64,000 nucleotides of DNA from a bacterium (GCA_021781555.1 JAJXWQ010000007.1:529-64528); one strand, 5' to 3'; counted from the first letter of the stretch, positions 20,649 to 29,540 are shown. The notes: generated by a model not told the origin, from the sequence alone. Translations and numbers: made by a program.

Positions 20649-21419
20649 TCAGGACGGCAACAGCCGTTTGACCATTCCGTGCAGCGCCTCGTACTGCCTC
20701 AGCCCATCCTCGAGATGCTGCATGGCCCGGTCGGGTCGGAAGGCCTGGTTGGCCGAGAACAGCGGATCCGTCGCTGGATAACCGCCCTCGGTCCGACGCA
20801 TGCTGTAGACGTAGCGGCCGTGGTGCACGAGATGCAGATCGAAATCGCAATAGGTCTCGATCCCGCGGGACCTTGCCCGCTCCCCGAACGCCCAATCCTC
20901 CCCGAGGTGGATGGGCGTGCCCTCCGAGTCCTTGATGAGAATCGGGTTGAAAAATCCCATGTAAGTCTTCAAGAACTCGATGTAACGAAGGGACTCATCG
21001 GCGATATTCTCGAAAACCTCGCGCCGGATCAGCAAGAAACCGGTCGGCAGGTACCGAACCTTGGCCAGTCCGCGGGCCAGTGGCGGCTGATCCTTCTCGG
21101 CTGCGACAAGAAGCTCGAGGGGGAACATCTTGCGTGGATATGTCGCCCCGACGATCGCTTTGTCATGGCGATACAGACGATCGACGCCATCCGGCGGGAA
21201 AGAGAGGTCCGAATCGATCATCATGAGGCTGTCGCAGTCCGACTCTGCAAACAACGCCGCGAGCTTGTTCCGGGCTCGCGAAATCAGCGACTCCCCGGTC
21301 AAGATCTGCACGTCGAAGCGATGCCCCCCCGGATTCCGGCTCAGCATCGCGACGAGGCTCTCCACCGCAGGTACGTGGAAGCCCCCCCCGACGGGCAGAC
21401 CCAGCATGATCCTGGCCAT
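20649..21419 (-). CDS. GT-A fold glycosyltransferase-like protein
   Basis: ESLISRARN, MIDSD (DxD), GATYPRK, TGFLLIRREVF, LGEDWAF, DLHLVHHG. Confidence 0.75.
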   Translation of the reverse strand: MARIMLGLPVGGGFHVPAVESLVAMLSRNPGGHRFDVQILTGESLISRARNKLAALFAESDCDSLMMIDSDLSFPPDGVDRLYRHDKAIVGATYPRKMFPLELLVAAEKDQPPLARGLAKVRYLPTGFLLIRREVFENIADESLRYIEFLKTYMGFFNPILIKDSEGTPIHLGEDWAFGERARSRGIETYCDFDLHLVHHGRYVYSMRRTEGGYPATDPLFSANQAFRPDRAMQHLEDGLRQYEALHGMVKRLLPS

Positions 21420-21421
21420 CG

Positions 21422-22258
21422 TCAGCGCACCCTCCGTTCGAGGTACTCCGCCATCGACCTGGCCGCGGCCTCCTTGAGGCTGACCTCGAGCATCTCCAGT
21501 TGATCCACGAAGGCGGCTACCGGAGGCGGAAGCTCGACGCCAGGGGGCCGCAGCGCGGCGGAGGGAAGCGCCATCAGTCGCTCGACGACCGGAAAGTACT
21601 CGTGGATCGGCACGGCGCCATCGGCAAGCGGATCCACCTGGTAGGCATACGACCCCGCGCGACCGATCGCCAGGTCGAAGTCGCAGGATACGGACAGGCC
21701 GCGATCGCGAGCCCGCTGACAGAAAGCCCGATCCTCACCGAGATGAACGGCCACGCCGTCCGTCACCACGACGGGGTCGAAGAAACCGGCGATCCGGCGC
21801 CCGAAATCCTCGCGGATGATCGCACTGCCGGCCATCGCCTCCAGGGCTTCACGACGGATCAGGATGAAACCAGCTGGAGCGAACTCGACCTGCAGCAGGC
21901 CCGCGAGCGTAGCTGGAGCATCGCCGGAAAGCCGCAGTCCCCTCTCGAAGGCATCCTCCCACGTGGGATAAGGCCCCACGACGATGGGGACCTCGTGCGC
22001 CAGGAGGCGATCGATCGCATCCGGATCGAAGGTCAACCCCGACTCGAGGATCATCAAGCCGGCGGCATCGGACCTGAGCAAGGCGTCGGCGAGAAAGTCG
22101 CGAGCCCGGCCCGGCGAAAGCCCGGGTGGGATCCGCTCGATCTCGAACTCATGTTTACCGGGATTGGCCTGGATGGCGGCGAGCAGGCTCGCCACCGTGC
22201 CGGGAAAGAGCGTGGCGTCCCCGCCGGACGCAAGAAGACCCAACAAGATTCGTGCCAC
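21422..22258 (-). CDS. Paralogous GT-A-like protein with degenerate DxD
   Basis: Collinear with 20649 gene: MARILLGL, GRARD, MILESG, AGFILIRREAL, LGEDRAFC, CDFDL. Confidence 0.7.
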   Translation of the reverse strand: MARILLGLLASGGDATLFPGTVASLLAAIQANPGKHEFEIERIPPGLSPGRARDFLADALLRSDAAGLMILESGLTFDPDAIDRLLAHEVPIVVGPYPTWEDAFERGLRLSGDAPATLAGLLQVEFAPAGFILIRREALEAMAGSAIIREDFGRRIAGFFDPVVVTDGVAVHLGEDRAFCQRARDRGLSVSCDFDLAIGRAGSYAYQVDPLADGAVPIHEYFPVVERLMALPSAALRPPGVELPPPVAAFVDQLEMLEVSLKEAAARSMAEYLERRVR

Positions 22259-22336
22259 GCCCCATGCTATACCTGTTTCGCTCCGAACGGGCCCCTGTGC
22301 GCGTCCGCCTCGCCGCGCCAGCGGGCCCGCGCGATG

Positions 22337-22366
22337 AAGGCCGCGGCGACGAAGCGCTGCGGCCTT
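22337..22366. terminator. GC-rich hairpin between small gene and GT genes
   Basis: AAGGCCGCGGCG-acgaag-CGCTGCGGCCTT. Confidence 0.5.
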
Positions 22367-22423
22367 TGCGGTGATTCGGGAGCTTTCCCGAAAGGTGGAC
22401 CGATCGCTCGGACCGGTCGAAAC

Positions 22424-22648
22424 CTACTCCTTGTGGAAGGAGCGGACCGCCTGCGAGACGTCGTCCATCAACTTCTTGAGCATGTCGAGACGAGTCTCCA
22501 TGTCGAGCATGTAGGCCTGGAATTCATCCGGCGTGTAGCCGCCACTGCCGACGTTCGCGGCCTTGGTCTGGATGTCCTTCAGCAGGTTCTGCACACCCTG
22601 GGAGATGGTCTCCATCGTGCTTACGCCTTGGACATGAATCGAACCCAT
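22424..22648 (-). CDS. 74-aa helical-hairpin protein, possibly T3SS needle/rod-like
   Basis: AAGAAAGGAAAG RBS before ATG 22648; two amphipathic helices around GSGGYTP; function is inference. Confidence 0.75.
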   Translation of the reverse strand: MGSIHVQGVSTMETISQGVQNLLKDIQTKAANVGSGGYTPDEFQAYMLDMETRLDMLKKLMDDVSQAVRSFHKE

Positions 22649-22811
22649 CGTTCTTTCCTTTCTTGACTGAACGCTCCCGACCCACCGCGGTCGCACGTTC
22701 TCAACCTTCTGACACCGAACTTATCCACCAGGGAGGGGAGGTCTTGCAGGACTTAACCTAGAATAAAAGCTCCTCCGCAATGATTTAACTGCATCTCGAC
22801 AGCTAGCCAAC

Positions 22812-25800
22812 TCACTTAAGCGACCCTCTAAGGATCTGCAGATGCAGCTCGATCGTCTCGGAATCCGGGCCGATGCCTATCTCCTGCTTCATGATACGCT
22901 CGACGAGCTTGAAGTGTTTGAGTGCGTCCTCCCGACGCCCCATCCGGCCCAGTGCCCGCATCTTGGCGCGATGCGCCTCCTGGGCGGTGCGATCGAGCTG
23001 GATCTGGCGATCGGCGAGGTCCAGGACGGCACCGTGCTGCCCGGCCGCTTCGAGCGCCTGGGAGAGCTCGAGGAAGACCCAGCTGGCGTCCCGCCGGAAC
23101 CGCTCCCGCTCGGCCTCCACCCAGGGTTCCTCGAACTCGACCAGGAACGGTCCGCCGTACAGATCCAGCGCCTGCCGCAGGTGGAGCTGACGCTCGGCGC
23201 CTTCGGATTGTCTGGCCTGTCCGACCTGGAAGGAGAAATCTGCGGTGTCGATCCGGTGCCGGAGAGCAAAGTTGAACCGATAGCGTCCGTCCTGGAAGAG
23301 GATGAATCGACTCGAGGCGTTGCGCTCGAGGCCCGGCTCGAGCGCGGCCCGGAGGCGGGCGATCAAGACATGGAGGGCGCTCGCCTTGGTATCGCCCGCA
23401 AAGAAGATCTCCACGAGTTCTTCCTTGCCCGAGCCATGGCGGCTGGTCAACAGATGCGCCAACAGGAGCTTGGCCTTGGCCGCACGCCAGGCGCTCTGAG
23501 CGACCTGCTTGCCGTCGACCTTGACGCGCATGCGCCCAAACAGCGAGCCCTCCAGGGCCAGGTCCGGAGCGCGAGCGGCGGCGATCCGGCCATCCTCGGA
23601 AGTCTCCAGCCAGCTGAACTGGTACTGGCGGGCCAGTTTGCGAGCGCTTTCCGCGGCTTCGCGGGCTCGCTCCGCCTTGCCCTGAGCGGACAGCAGGCGG
23701 GCCTGCAGGAAGCGTGCGCGGGTGAGGTCATAGCGAAGATCACGCCGATCGAGAACCGGAATGAGCTCGCCCAGCGCGGCGTCTGCGCCCTCGAGCGCCC
23801 CCTCCGACAGCGCGACGGCGATCTCCGCCAGGCTCTCGGCGGGTGGCGTGTCGGACAGGCGCCTGCCCCCCGCTGCAGCTGCCGCCCCCACGGCGCCGCC
23901 GGCCAGAGAGCTCGTCTGCGAGCGGCGGCGATCGCCCTCGTGATGCACGCGGAGGGATTGCCGGAAGCTGCGGGCCTCGTCGAGAAAGCCCCGCGCCTCC
24001 GCGGAATGCGCCTGGGCCAGGGCGAGCTCGGCGCGATCGATCTGGGCCATGGAGAAAAGAACCGGATCCGCGAGCTGGCCGGCCAGGGCCGCCGCCTCCG
24101 CCAGGAGCGTCTGGGCTTGCTGGAACTGGCCGGTGATACGGCCGATATGCCCGAGCGCTGCCAGCGCCTCGGTCTCGGCCAGGCCATCGCCGACCTGGCG
24201 AGCCTCGGCAACCGCCTGCTCGGCCAGTTCCCAGGCCGCGGTGGTCTCGCCGCGAGTCGCGCGGACCCTGGCCGCAGCGGCCCCCGCCTCCGCAGGGGGT
24301 ATGCGCCCGGCTCCACGCGCGGCCGCCCGGGCCTCGTCGAGGGCTGCCAGAGCCCGTTCGAACTGACCTCCCGTGGCCAGAACCCGGCCGAGGTGCGTAC
24401 TTACCCGCGCCAGCCCACCGGCATCGCCCACGCGCCGATACAGGCTCGCGGACTCGCCAAGGTACGTCGCGGCGGGGCCGAGATCGCCCTCGCGCAGATG
24501 ATGCAGGCCCAGCTGATCGTAGGCGAAGGCCTTGAGGCCGAGATCGTCCGCAGGAGCCATGTCGAGAGCCGCCTGCGCGGCCATTGCCCCCTTGCCCGCG
24601 GCCGCAGACAATGCGAGGGCCCACACGGCCGATCGCGCGTCCCCCACGGCCTTGGCGAGGATGCCGGCCCGGTCATAGCAGGCCTGCGCCTCGGCCATCT
24701 TCCCTGCGTGGCGGGCGATCTCTCCCTCGAGCAGCGCGACCCGGCAGGATCCCTCGCGCCACGAACCGGGGATCCGATCGAGCCAGCGCTGGACGCCCGC
24801 ACTGCGGCCCTGCCCGAGCATTCCGTCGGCCAGCTGGACGATCCGGGCCTCCGCCTCCGCCCAGGCGCCCGCCGCCAGCCAGTGGTCGACGGCGGCTTCG
24901 GGATCGTCCTTGACGATCGCCGACGCCACTCCCAGATGGAAGGCGCGCAAGCGCTCCGCTGGCCACGTACGAGCTGCGGCATCCTGGAGAGCGGCCTTGA
25001 ACAGCGGATGGAAGACATAGCCGTCCGGCCCCTTGGACAGCAAGAACCCCTGGGCGGCCAGGGCGTCGAGCTGCCCCAGGGCCTCGGGTGCCGTGAGCAA
25101 GGGAATGAGCGCCGCGGCCCCCCCGGGCAGGAGCGCGCAGGCCAGCAGGTCCTCCCTGGCATCGGCAGGAAGGTCATAGAGCACCTGATGGCTGATGTAC
25201 TCGTGGAGCGGCTCGTCGGCGTGGAGTGCGGCAACGTCCGCTCGCGCCCCCATGGAGACACCGGCGGGCCAGCCTGCGGTACGCTCGTGCAGCGCCGTGC
25301 CGATCGCCGGATCTCCGCCAGCCAACCGGACCAGACCGGCGGTCTGGTCCACCGAAAACCGCAACTGCTCGGGGCCGATCTCGAGGTCGGCCACCAGGTC
25401 GGGCCGGCCTCGGGCCGAGATCCACAACCGGCCGGGCCAGTACTCGACCAGGCGCTCGACCACCTCGGACGGCAAAACATCCGCTCCGTCGAGCACGACC
25501 AGAAGGTTCGCGCACAGCTCCGCGACCTCCTCGGTGAGCCGCGCCAGGACGGGCTCGGCGGCGAACTCTGGATCGGCGGAGGCGAGTTGCTCACCAGGCA
25601 GGGCCGAGAGGGACGGCAGCGCCTGTTCCACGCCGGCGACCAGGTGCGAGAGGAAAACGAAGGGAGAGGAGTCGGCGGACTCCAGCGACAACCAGACGCC
25701 TGCCGGCCCGCCCCGAAGCCCTGCAGCTGAAACCGATCGGGCAAACGCGTCGGCCAGCAGCAGGCTCTTGCCGTAGCCGGGCCCGCCCCACACCGTCGCG

Positions 25801-25916
25801 ATCCGAGCGTTCTCCAGCGCACCGACGGCGTCTTCCCGCCGCAGGTACGCCGCCGGGAGAGCCGGCGGCACGAACTTGCGCGAGAGGATCGGGACCAGGG
25901 CCACGCCCGATTTCAT
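22812..25916 (-). CDS. MalT-like STAND ATPase / TPR / wHTH-BTAD transcriptional regulator
   Basis: RKFVPP...YLRR, GGPGYGKS, RTAGWPAG, TPR-like helices, AKLLLAHLL, LHVLIARLR, ALDLYGGPFL...W...ERE. Confidence 0.9.
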   Translation of the reverse strand: MKSGVALVPILSRKFVPPALPAAYLRREDAVGALENARIATVWGGPGYGKSLLLADAFARSVSAAGLRGGPAGVWLSLESADSSPFVFLSHLVAGVEQALPSLSALPGEQLASADPEFAAEPVLARLTEEVAELCANLLVVLDGADVLPSEVVERLVEYWPGRLWISARGRPDLVADLEIGPEQLRFSVDQTAGLVRLAGGDPAIGTALHERTAGWPAGVSMGARADVAALHADEPLHEYISHQVLYDLPADAREDLLACALLPGGAAALIPLLTAPEALGQLDALAAQGFLLSKGPDGYVFHPLFKAALQDAAARTWPAERLRAFHLGVASAIVKDDPEAAVDHWLAAGAWAEAEARIVQLADGMLGQGRSAGVQRWLDRIPGSWREGSCRVALLEGEIARHAGKMAEAQACYDRAGILAKAVGDARSAVWALALSAAAGKGAMAAQAALDMAPADDLGLKAFAYDQLGLHHLREGDLGPAATYLGESASLYRRVGDAGGLARVSTHLGRVLATGGQFERALAALDEARAAARGAGRIPPAEAGAAAARVRATRGETTAAWELAEQAVAEARQVGDGLAETEALAALGHIGRITGQFQQAQTLLAEAAALAGQLADPVLFSMAQIDRAELALAQAHSAEARGFLDEARSFRQSLRVHHEGDRRRSQTSSLAGGAVGAAAAAGGRRLSDTPPAESLAEIAVALSEGALEGADAALGELIPVLDRRDLRYDLTRARFLQARLLSAQGKAERAREAAESARKLARQYQFSWLETSEDGRIAAARAPDLALEGSLFGRMRVKVDGKQVAQSAWRAAKAKLLLAHLLTSRHGSGKEELVEIFFAGDTKASALHVLIARLRAALEPGLERNASSRFILFQDGRYRFNFALRHRIDTADFSFQVGQARQSEGAERQLHLRQALDLYGGPFLVEFEEPWVEAERERFRRDASWVFLELSQALEAAGQHGAVLDLADRQIQLDRTAQEAHRAKMRALGRMGRREDALKHFKLVERIMKQEIGIGPDSETIELHLQILRGSLK

Positions 25917-25952
25917 ACCCGGCGAAGAGCCTTTACTTCCTCTTAACAGCTT

Positions 25953-25981
25953 TTGAAAGCCCGATCATCCATCTATAGCGT
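25953..25981 (+). promoter_or_regulatory. sigma70-like promoter for hairpin-array RNA
   Basis: TTGAAA-N17-TAGCGT, predicted start about 25988. Confidence 0.5.
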
Positions 25982-25987
25982 GTGAGG

Positions 25988-26277
25988 TCGAGGAGCGCAG
26001 GCGGTTCAGCCGGCACCCTGAACCACCTGCGACCGACACCTCCTTCAACACGGTAAGAAACCAGCCGCGGGGCCAGCCGGCACCCTGACCCCGCGGCCGG
26101 TCCTCTTCCCGAAGACCCACCGGACGTAAAGTTTCCAGCGACCAGGTCCTGCTCTGTCGGCACCCAGAGAAGAGCCTGGCAACTGGGTGAGGGACCGAAC
26201 CGCGGCTTGGCCGGCACCCCAAGCCGAGGCTCGGAACCAGCAGAAGGGCCCCGGAGCGCAAACTCCGGGGCCTTGTT
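25988..26277 (+). ncRNA. Candidate sRNA: four hairpins with conserved YCGGCACC loops
   Basis: Loops at 26010-26017, 26077-26084, 26157-26164, 26211-26218 on 13-16+ bp stems of different sequence; strand not certain. Confidence 0.65.
26245..26277. terminator. Probable bidirectional terminator hairpin (array RNA / gltX)
   Basis: GGCCCCGGAG-cgcaaa-CTCCGGGGCC followed by TTGTT on + and CTTCT on -. Confidence 0.6.
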
Positions 26278-26327
26278 GCACGGCAAAGCGACCGGCCCCC
26301 CCCCGCGGCGGGTCGGCGCGACGGCTC

Positions 26328-27782
26328 CTACGTCCGGGCGGGATCGGCCAGCGCCAGGATCGCCTCATCGAGCCGCGCCAGCGCTCGCTCCCGGCCCAGC
26401 CACTGCACCACCTCGAACATACCCGGCGAGACCGTAGAACCGGTGAGCGCCACGCGGACCGGCTGGATGACCGCCCCGAGCTTCACCCCGAACTCTGTCG
26501 CCAGCTGCCGGAATTGCGCCTCGATGGCATCGTGGCTCCAGTCTTCGAGCGCTCCGATGCGCACGGAGAGCGCAACCAGGATCGGCCGCTGGGCATCCGT
26601 GAGGAACTTGGCCCGGGCCTCGCCGTCCCACACGAGCGGGACGTCGAAATAAAAGCGCGCCTTGTCGGCCAGCTCGACCAGGGTGCGTGCCCGTTCGACC
26701 AGCGTGGACGCGATCCCTTCGAGTCGCTCCCCTGATTCGTCTGGACCGATCCAGCCCCGCTCCTCCCAGAGGGGGCGCACTCGCCGTGCCATCTCGGCGG
26801 GTCCGAGCCGGCGGATCCACTCCCCGTTCAGCCATTCGAGCTTGGCATAGTCGAAAACGCACGCGCTCTTGCCCACGCCGTCGAGGTCGAAAGCAGCCAC
26901 CAGCTCCTGGCGGCCAAAGATCTCCTCGTCGCCGTGAGCCCAACCCAGGCGGGCGATGTAGTTGACGAGAGCCTCGGGCAGGTAGCCGTCCGCGCGGAAT
27001 TGCTGGATGGAAACGGCCCCGTGGCGCTTGGACAGACGCTTCTTGTCGGGACCGAGGATCATGGGGATGTGTCCGAAGCGGGGAAGGCCAAGTCCGAGCG
27101 CCTCGTAGAGCAGGACCTGCTTGGGCGTGTTCGAGAGGTGATCGTCCCCGCGGATCACATGCGTGATGCCCATGGCCGCATCGTCGACGACGCATGCGAA
27201 GTTGTATGTCGGCACCCCATCGGCCTTGAGAATGATGAAATCGCCGATCTCCTTCCGCTCGAACCTGACCGAGCCGTGGATCAGGTCCTCGAGGTCGATC
27301 TCCCCGTCCTTCGGCGTGGCGAAGCGGATGGCATGGGGGCCCCCGGCCACCCGACGCTGGCGCTCGGCCGGGTCCAGCTCGGCGCAGCGGCAGTCGGTCC
27401 GGGCCGGTGTCTCGGGCTCGAGATCCTCGGTCGCCTCGACCTCGGCTCGCGGCGGGCAGAAGCACGGGTAGGCACGGCCGCTTGCAAGCAAGCGGTCCGC
27501 GGACTCGTGGTAGCTATCGAGGCGTTCCATCTGGTAATACGGGCCGTGAGGCCCCTCGATCCCCGGCCCTTCGTCCCACTCGAGCCCCAGCCAGGTCATC
27601 GCGTCGAGGATCGCATCGGTGTATGCCTGTGTGGACCGCTGGCGATCGGTGTCCTCGATGCGCAAGAGAAAGGCACCGCCGTGATGGCGCGCCAGGAGCC
27701 AGTTGAAGAGGGCGGTCCGGGCCCCGCCTACGTGCAAGAAACCGGTGGGAGAGGGCGCAAAGCGCAGGCGTACGGCGTTCAT
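26328..27782 (-). CDS. gltX: Glutamate--tRNA ligase
   Basis: RFAPSPTGFLHVGGAR, LRIEDTD, HVIRGDDH, KRLSKR. Confidence 0.97.
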   Translation of the reverse strand: MNAVRLRFAPSPTGFLHVGGARTALFNWLLARHHGGAFLLRIEDTDRQRSTQAYTDAILDAMTWLGLEWDEGPGIEGPHGPYYQMERLDSYHESADRLLASGRAYPCFCPPRAEVEATEDLEPETPARTDCRCAELDPAERQRRVAGGPHAIRFATPKDGEIDLEDLIHGSVRFERKEIGDFIILKADGVPTYNFACVVDDAAMGITHVIRGDDHLSNTPKQVLLYEALGLGLPRFGHIPMILGPDKKRLSKRHGAVSIQQFRADGYLPEALVNYIARLGWAHGDEEIFGRQELVAAFDLDGVGKSACVFDYAKLEWLNGEWIRRLGPAEMARRVRPLWEERGWIGPDESGERLEGIASTLVERARTLVELADKARFYFDVPLVWDGEARAKFLTDAQRPILVALSVRIGALEDWSHDAIEAQFRQLATEFGVKLGAVIQPVRVALTGSTVSPGMFEVVQWLGRERALARLDEAILALADPART

Positions 27783-27867
27783 TTCCAGAATTCTACCAGC
27801 CTGGACGAACGCCGTTGGCCGGCATTGACGAGGCCAGACGGCCCATCGAGCGCTACGCTCGGCCGGT

Positions 27868-28545
27868 ATGTTGATCTCGACGACGGTTCGATGCGGCGTG
27901 GCGAGGCTGATCCTGGCCGCGGGCAGCCTCCTGCTTTCCGCGCCGCCCGCCGTTGCGGCAGGACCTCCCCCAGGGGTGCCGCAGGTCGGCGACACGCTCT
28001 CCTACGTCGTTTCGACGGGCGAGCGCGTCGTGGTCACGACCACCCGCGTGCGGCCGCGCGGGCGGGAATGGGTCGCGACGGAGCAGGAAACCGTGCGATC
28101 TCCCGGCGAAGAACCCAGGACCACGGCCATCTCGGTCATCCGGACCGCTGATGCCCTGGCCTTCGAGTTCGCGCCGCATGGCAGCGAGAGCCTCTCCCCG
28201 CTCGTGTACTTCTTTGCGCCCGCGCTGGTGCACGACTCGTGGCTGGCCCAGCGCGTCAGCTACGTGGACTCGCAGGGACAAAAAGTCGCCTACCAGGTGA
28301 TCGCCCGGGTAGCAGCGATCGAGACGGTGTCTTCACCTGCCGGCATTTTCGCGGGTTGCTGGCGCGTCGACTTTTCCAGTACGGCGAACCCGCGCGACCG
28401 CCTCGAGGCCTGGCTGAAGCCAGACCTCGGCATCGTGCGCACGCAGTCCGACGACCACGGGCGAGCGATCGTCACCGAGCTGACGGGCTTCCACCTGGTC
28501 AAGGATGCCGGTCGCCCCGGAAACTCCGGCCGCCCCTCCCACTGA
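27868..28545 (+). CDS. Secreted hypothetical beta-rich protein
   Basis: Signal peptide; ETVSSPAGIFAGCW..., W...DLGIVR pattern. Confidence 0.6.
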   Translation: MLISTTVRCGVARLILAAGSLLLSAPPAVAAGPPPGVPQVGDTLSYVVSTGERVVVTTTRVRPRGREWVATEQETVRSPGEEPRTTAISVIRTADALAFEFAPHGSESLSPLVYFFAPALVHDSWLAQRVSYVDSQGQKVAYQVIARVAAIETVSSPAGIFAGCWRVDFSSTANPRDRLEAWLKPDLGIVRTQSDDHGRAIVTELTGFHLVKDAGRPGNSGRPSH

Positions 28546-28647
28546 CACGATCTTCGGTCGAACTGGACCAAGCGTCCGACCGATCGCCAATCCTAAGCTT
28601 GGGATGCGACCGTTCCAGCAAGAAACGCAGTCCGCCATGGAGGAGAT

Positions 28648-29475
28648 ATGCGGATCCTCATCATCGAATCCGATGCCCCGTGCGCCGAAGCGCTTGCCTT
28701 CACCCTCACGAACGCCGGCTACGAGGTCGAGCATGCCCTGACCGGGCGACAAGGCCTCCAGGTCATCGCGGACCAGGGGCCTCCCGACGGCGTGCTGGTG
28801 GGCCACCCCCTGGCCGATCAATCGGGCCTCGACGTCTGCCGCGCCATCCACGCGGAGAGCGATGCCGGACTCATCCTCGTGAGTTCTTGCACCCGCGAAG
28901 AGACGATACTCCGGGCCTTTGCAGCCGGTGTCGACGATGCCGTCGTGAAGCCCGTCCGCGTCGCGGAATTGACTGCGCGGCTCGGAGCCGTGCTGCGGCG
29001 CCGGCAGCTCAAGGGGGCCGGTGCCCCCTGCGGGATCGTGGAGCGCGGCCCGTTCCGGCTCAATTCCAATCGACTCGAGGCCACGGTTACCGGACGCCTT
29101 GCTCCGGTGCGCCTGACGCCCCTCGAGGCCAAGCTGCTGGGGCTCTTGATGCTCAACACCAACCAGGTGATGACAAAGGCGCGTCTCCAGGAGCTGATCT
29201 GGGGATACCAGAACGACTCGAGCGGCGATCTGCTCAAGACCCACGTTCGACACCTGCGCGTGAAGCTCGAGGCCACGCCATCGTCGCCCCGGTTCATCCA
29301 GACGATCAACGGCGTGGGCTATACCTTCGTGAGCCCGCGCCCCGCCGAGAGGGTCGAACTCGATGCGCCGGCGACGCCCGGGACCCTCCTGGCCGGCGTG
29401 CCAGCCGCGGCGGCACCAGGCCACCTGTCCGGCCTGCAGTCAGAGCCTCGCTCCCCGCTTCCGGCACCGGCTTGA
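28648..29475 (+). CDS. OmpR-family response regulator with atypical receiver
   Basis: GGAGG RBS; DDAVVKP, LTPLEAKLL, IWG, HVRHLRVKLE, IQTINGVGY. Confidence 0.9.
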   Translation: MRILIIESDAPCAEALAFTLTNAGYEVEHALTGRQGLQVIADQGPPDGVLVGHPLADQSGLDVCRAIHAESDAGLILVSSCTREETILRAFAAGVDDAVVKPVRVAELTARLGAVLRRRQLKGAGAPCGIVERGPFRLNSNRLEATVTGRLAPVRLTPLEAKLLGLLMLNTNQVMTKARLQELIWGYQNDSSGDLLKTHVRHLRVKLEATPSSPRFIQTINGVGYTFVSPRPAERVELDAPATPGTLLAGVPAAAAPGHLSGLQSEPRSPLPAPA

Positions 29476-29540
29476 TCGGGCCAACCGGTCCGCAGGGCCC
29501 GCCCGGCCAGGGAAGCGCGAGGCCGCAGCGGGCAGGGTAT

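Noticed and set aside
22721..22729. DnaA-box-like TTATCCACC, or sigma28-like -10 on the minus strand
   Set aside because: Single imperfect match with no box cluster and a poor -35.
25933..26368. ORFs spanning the hairpin array
   Set aside because: No RBS-linked long frame or homology signal; loop spacing breaks frame.
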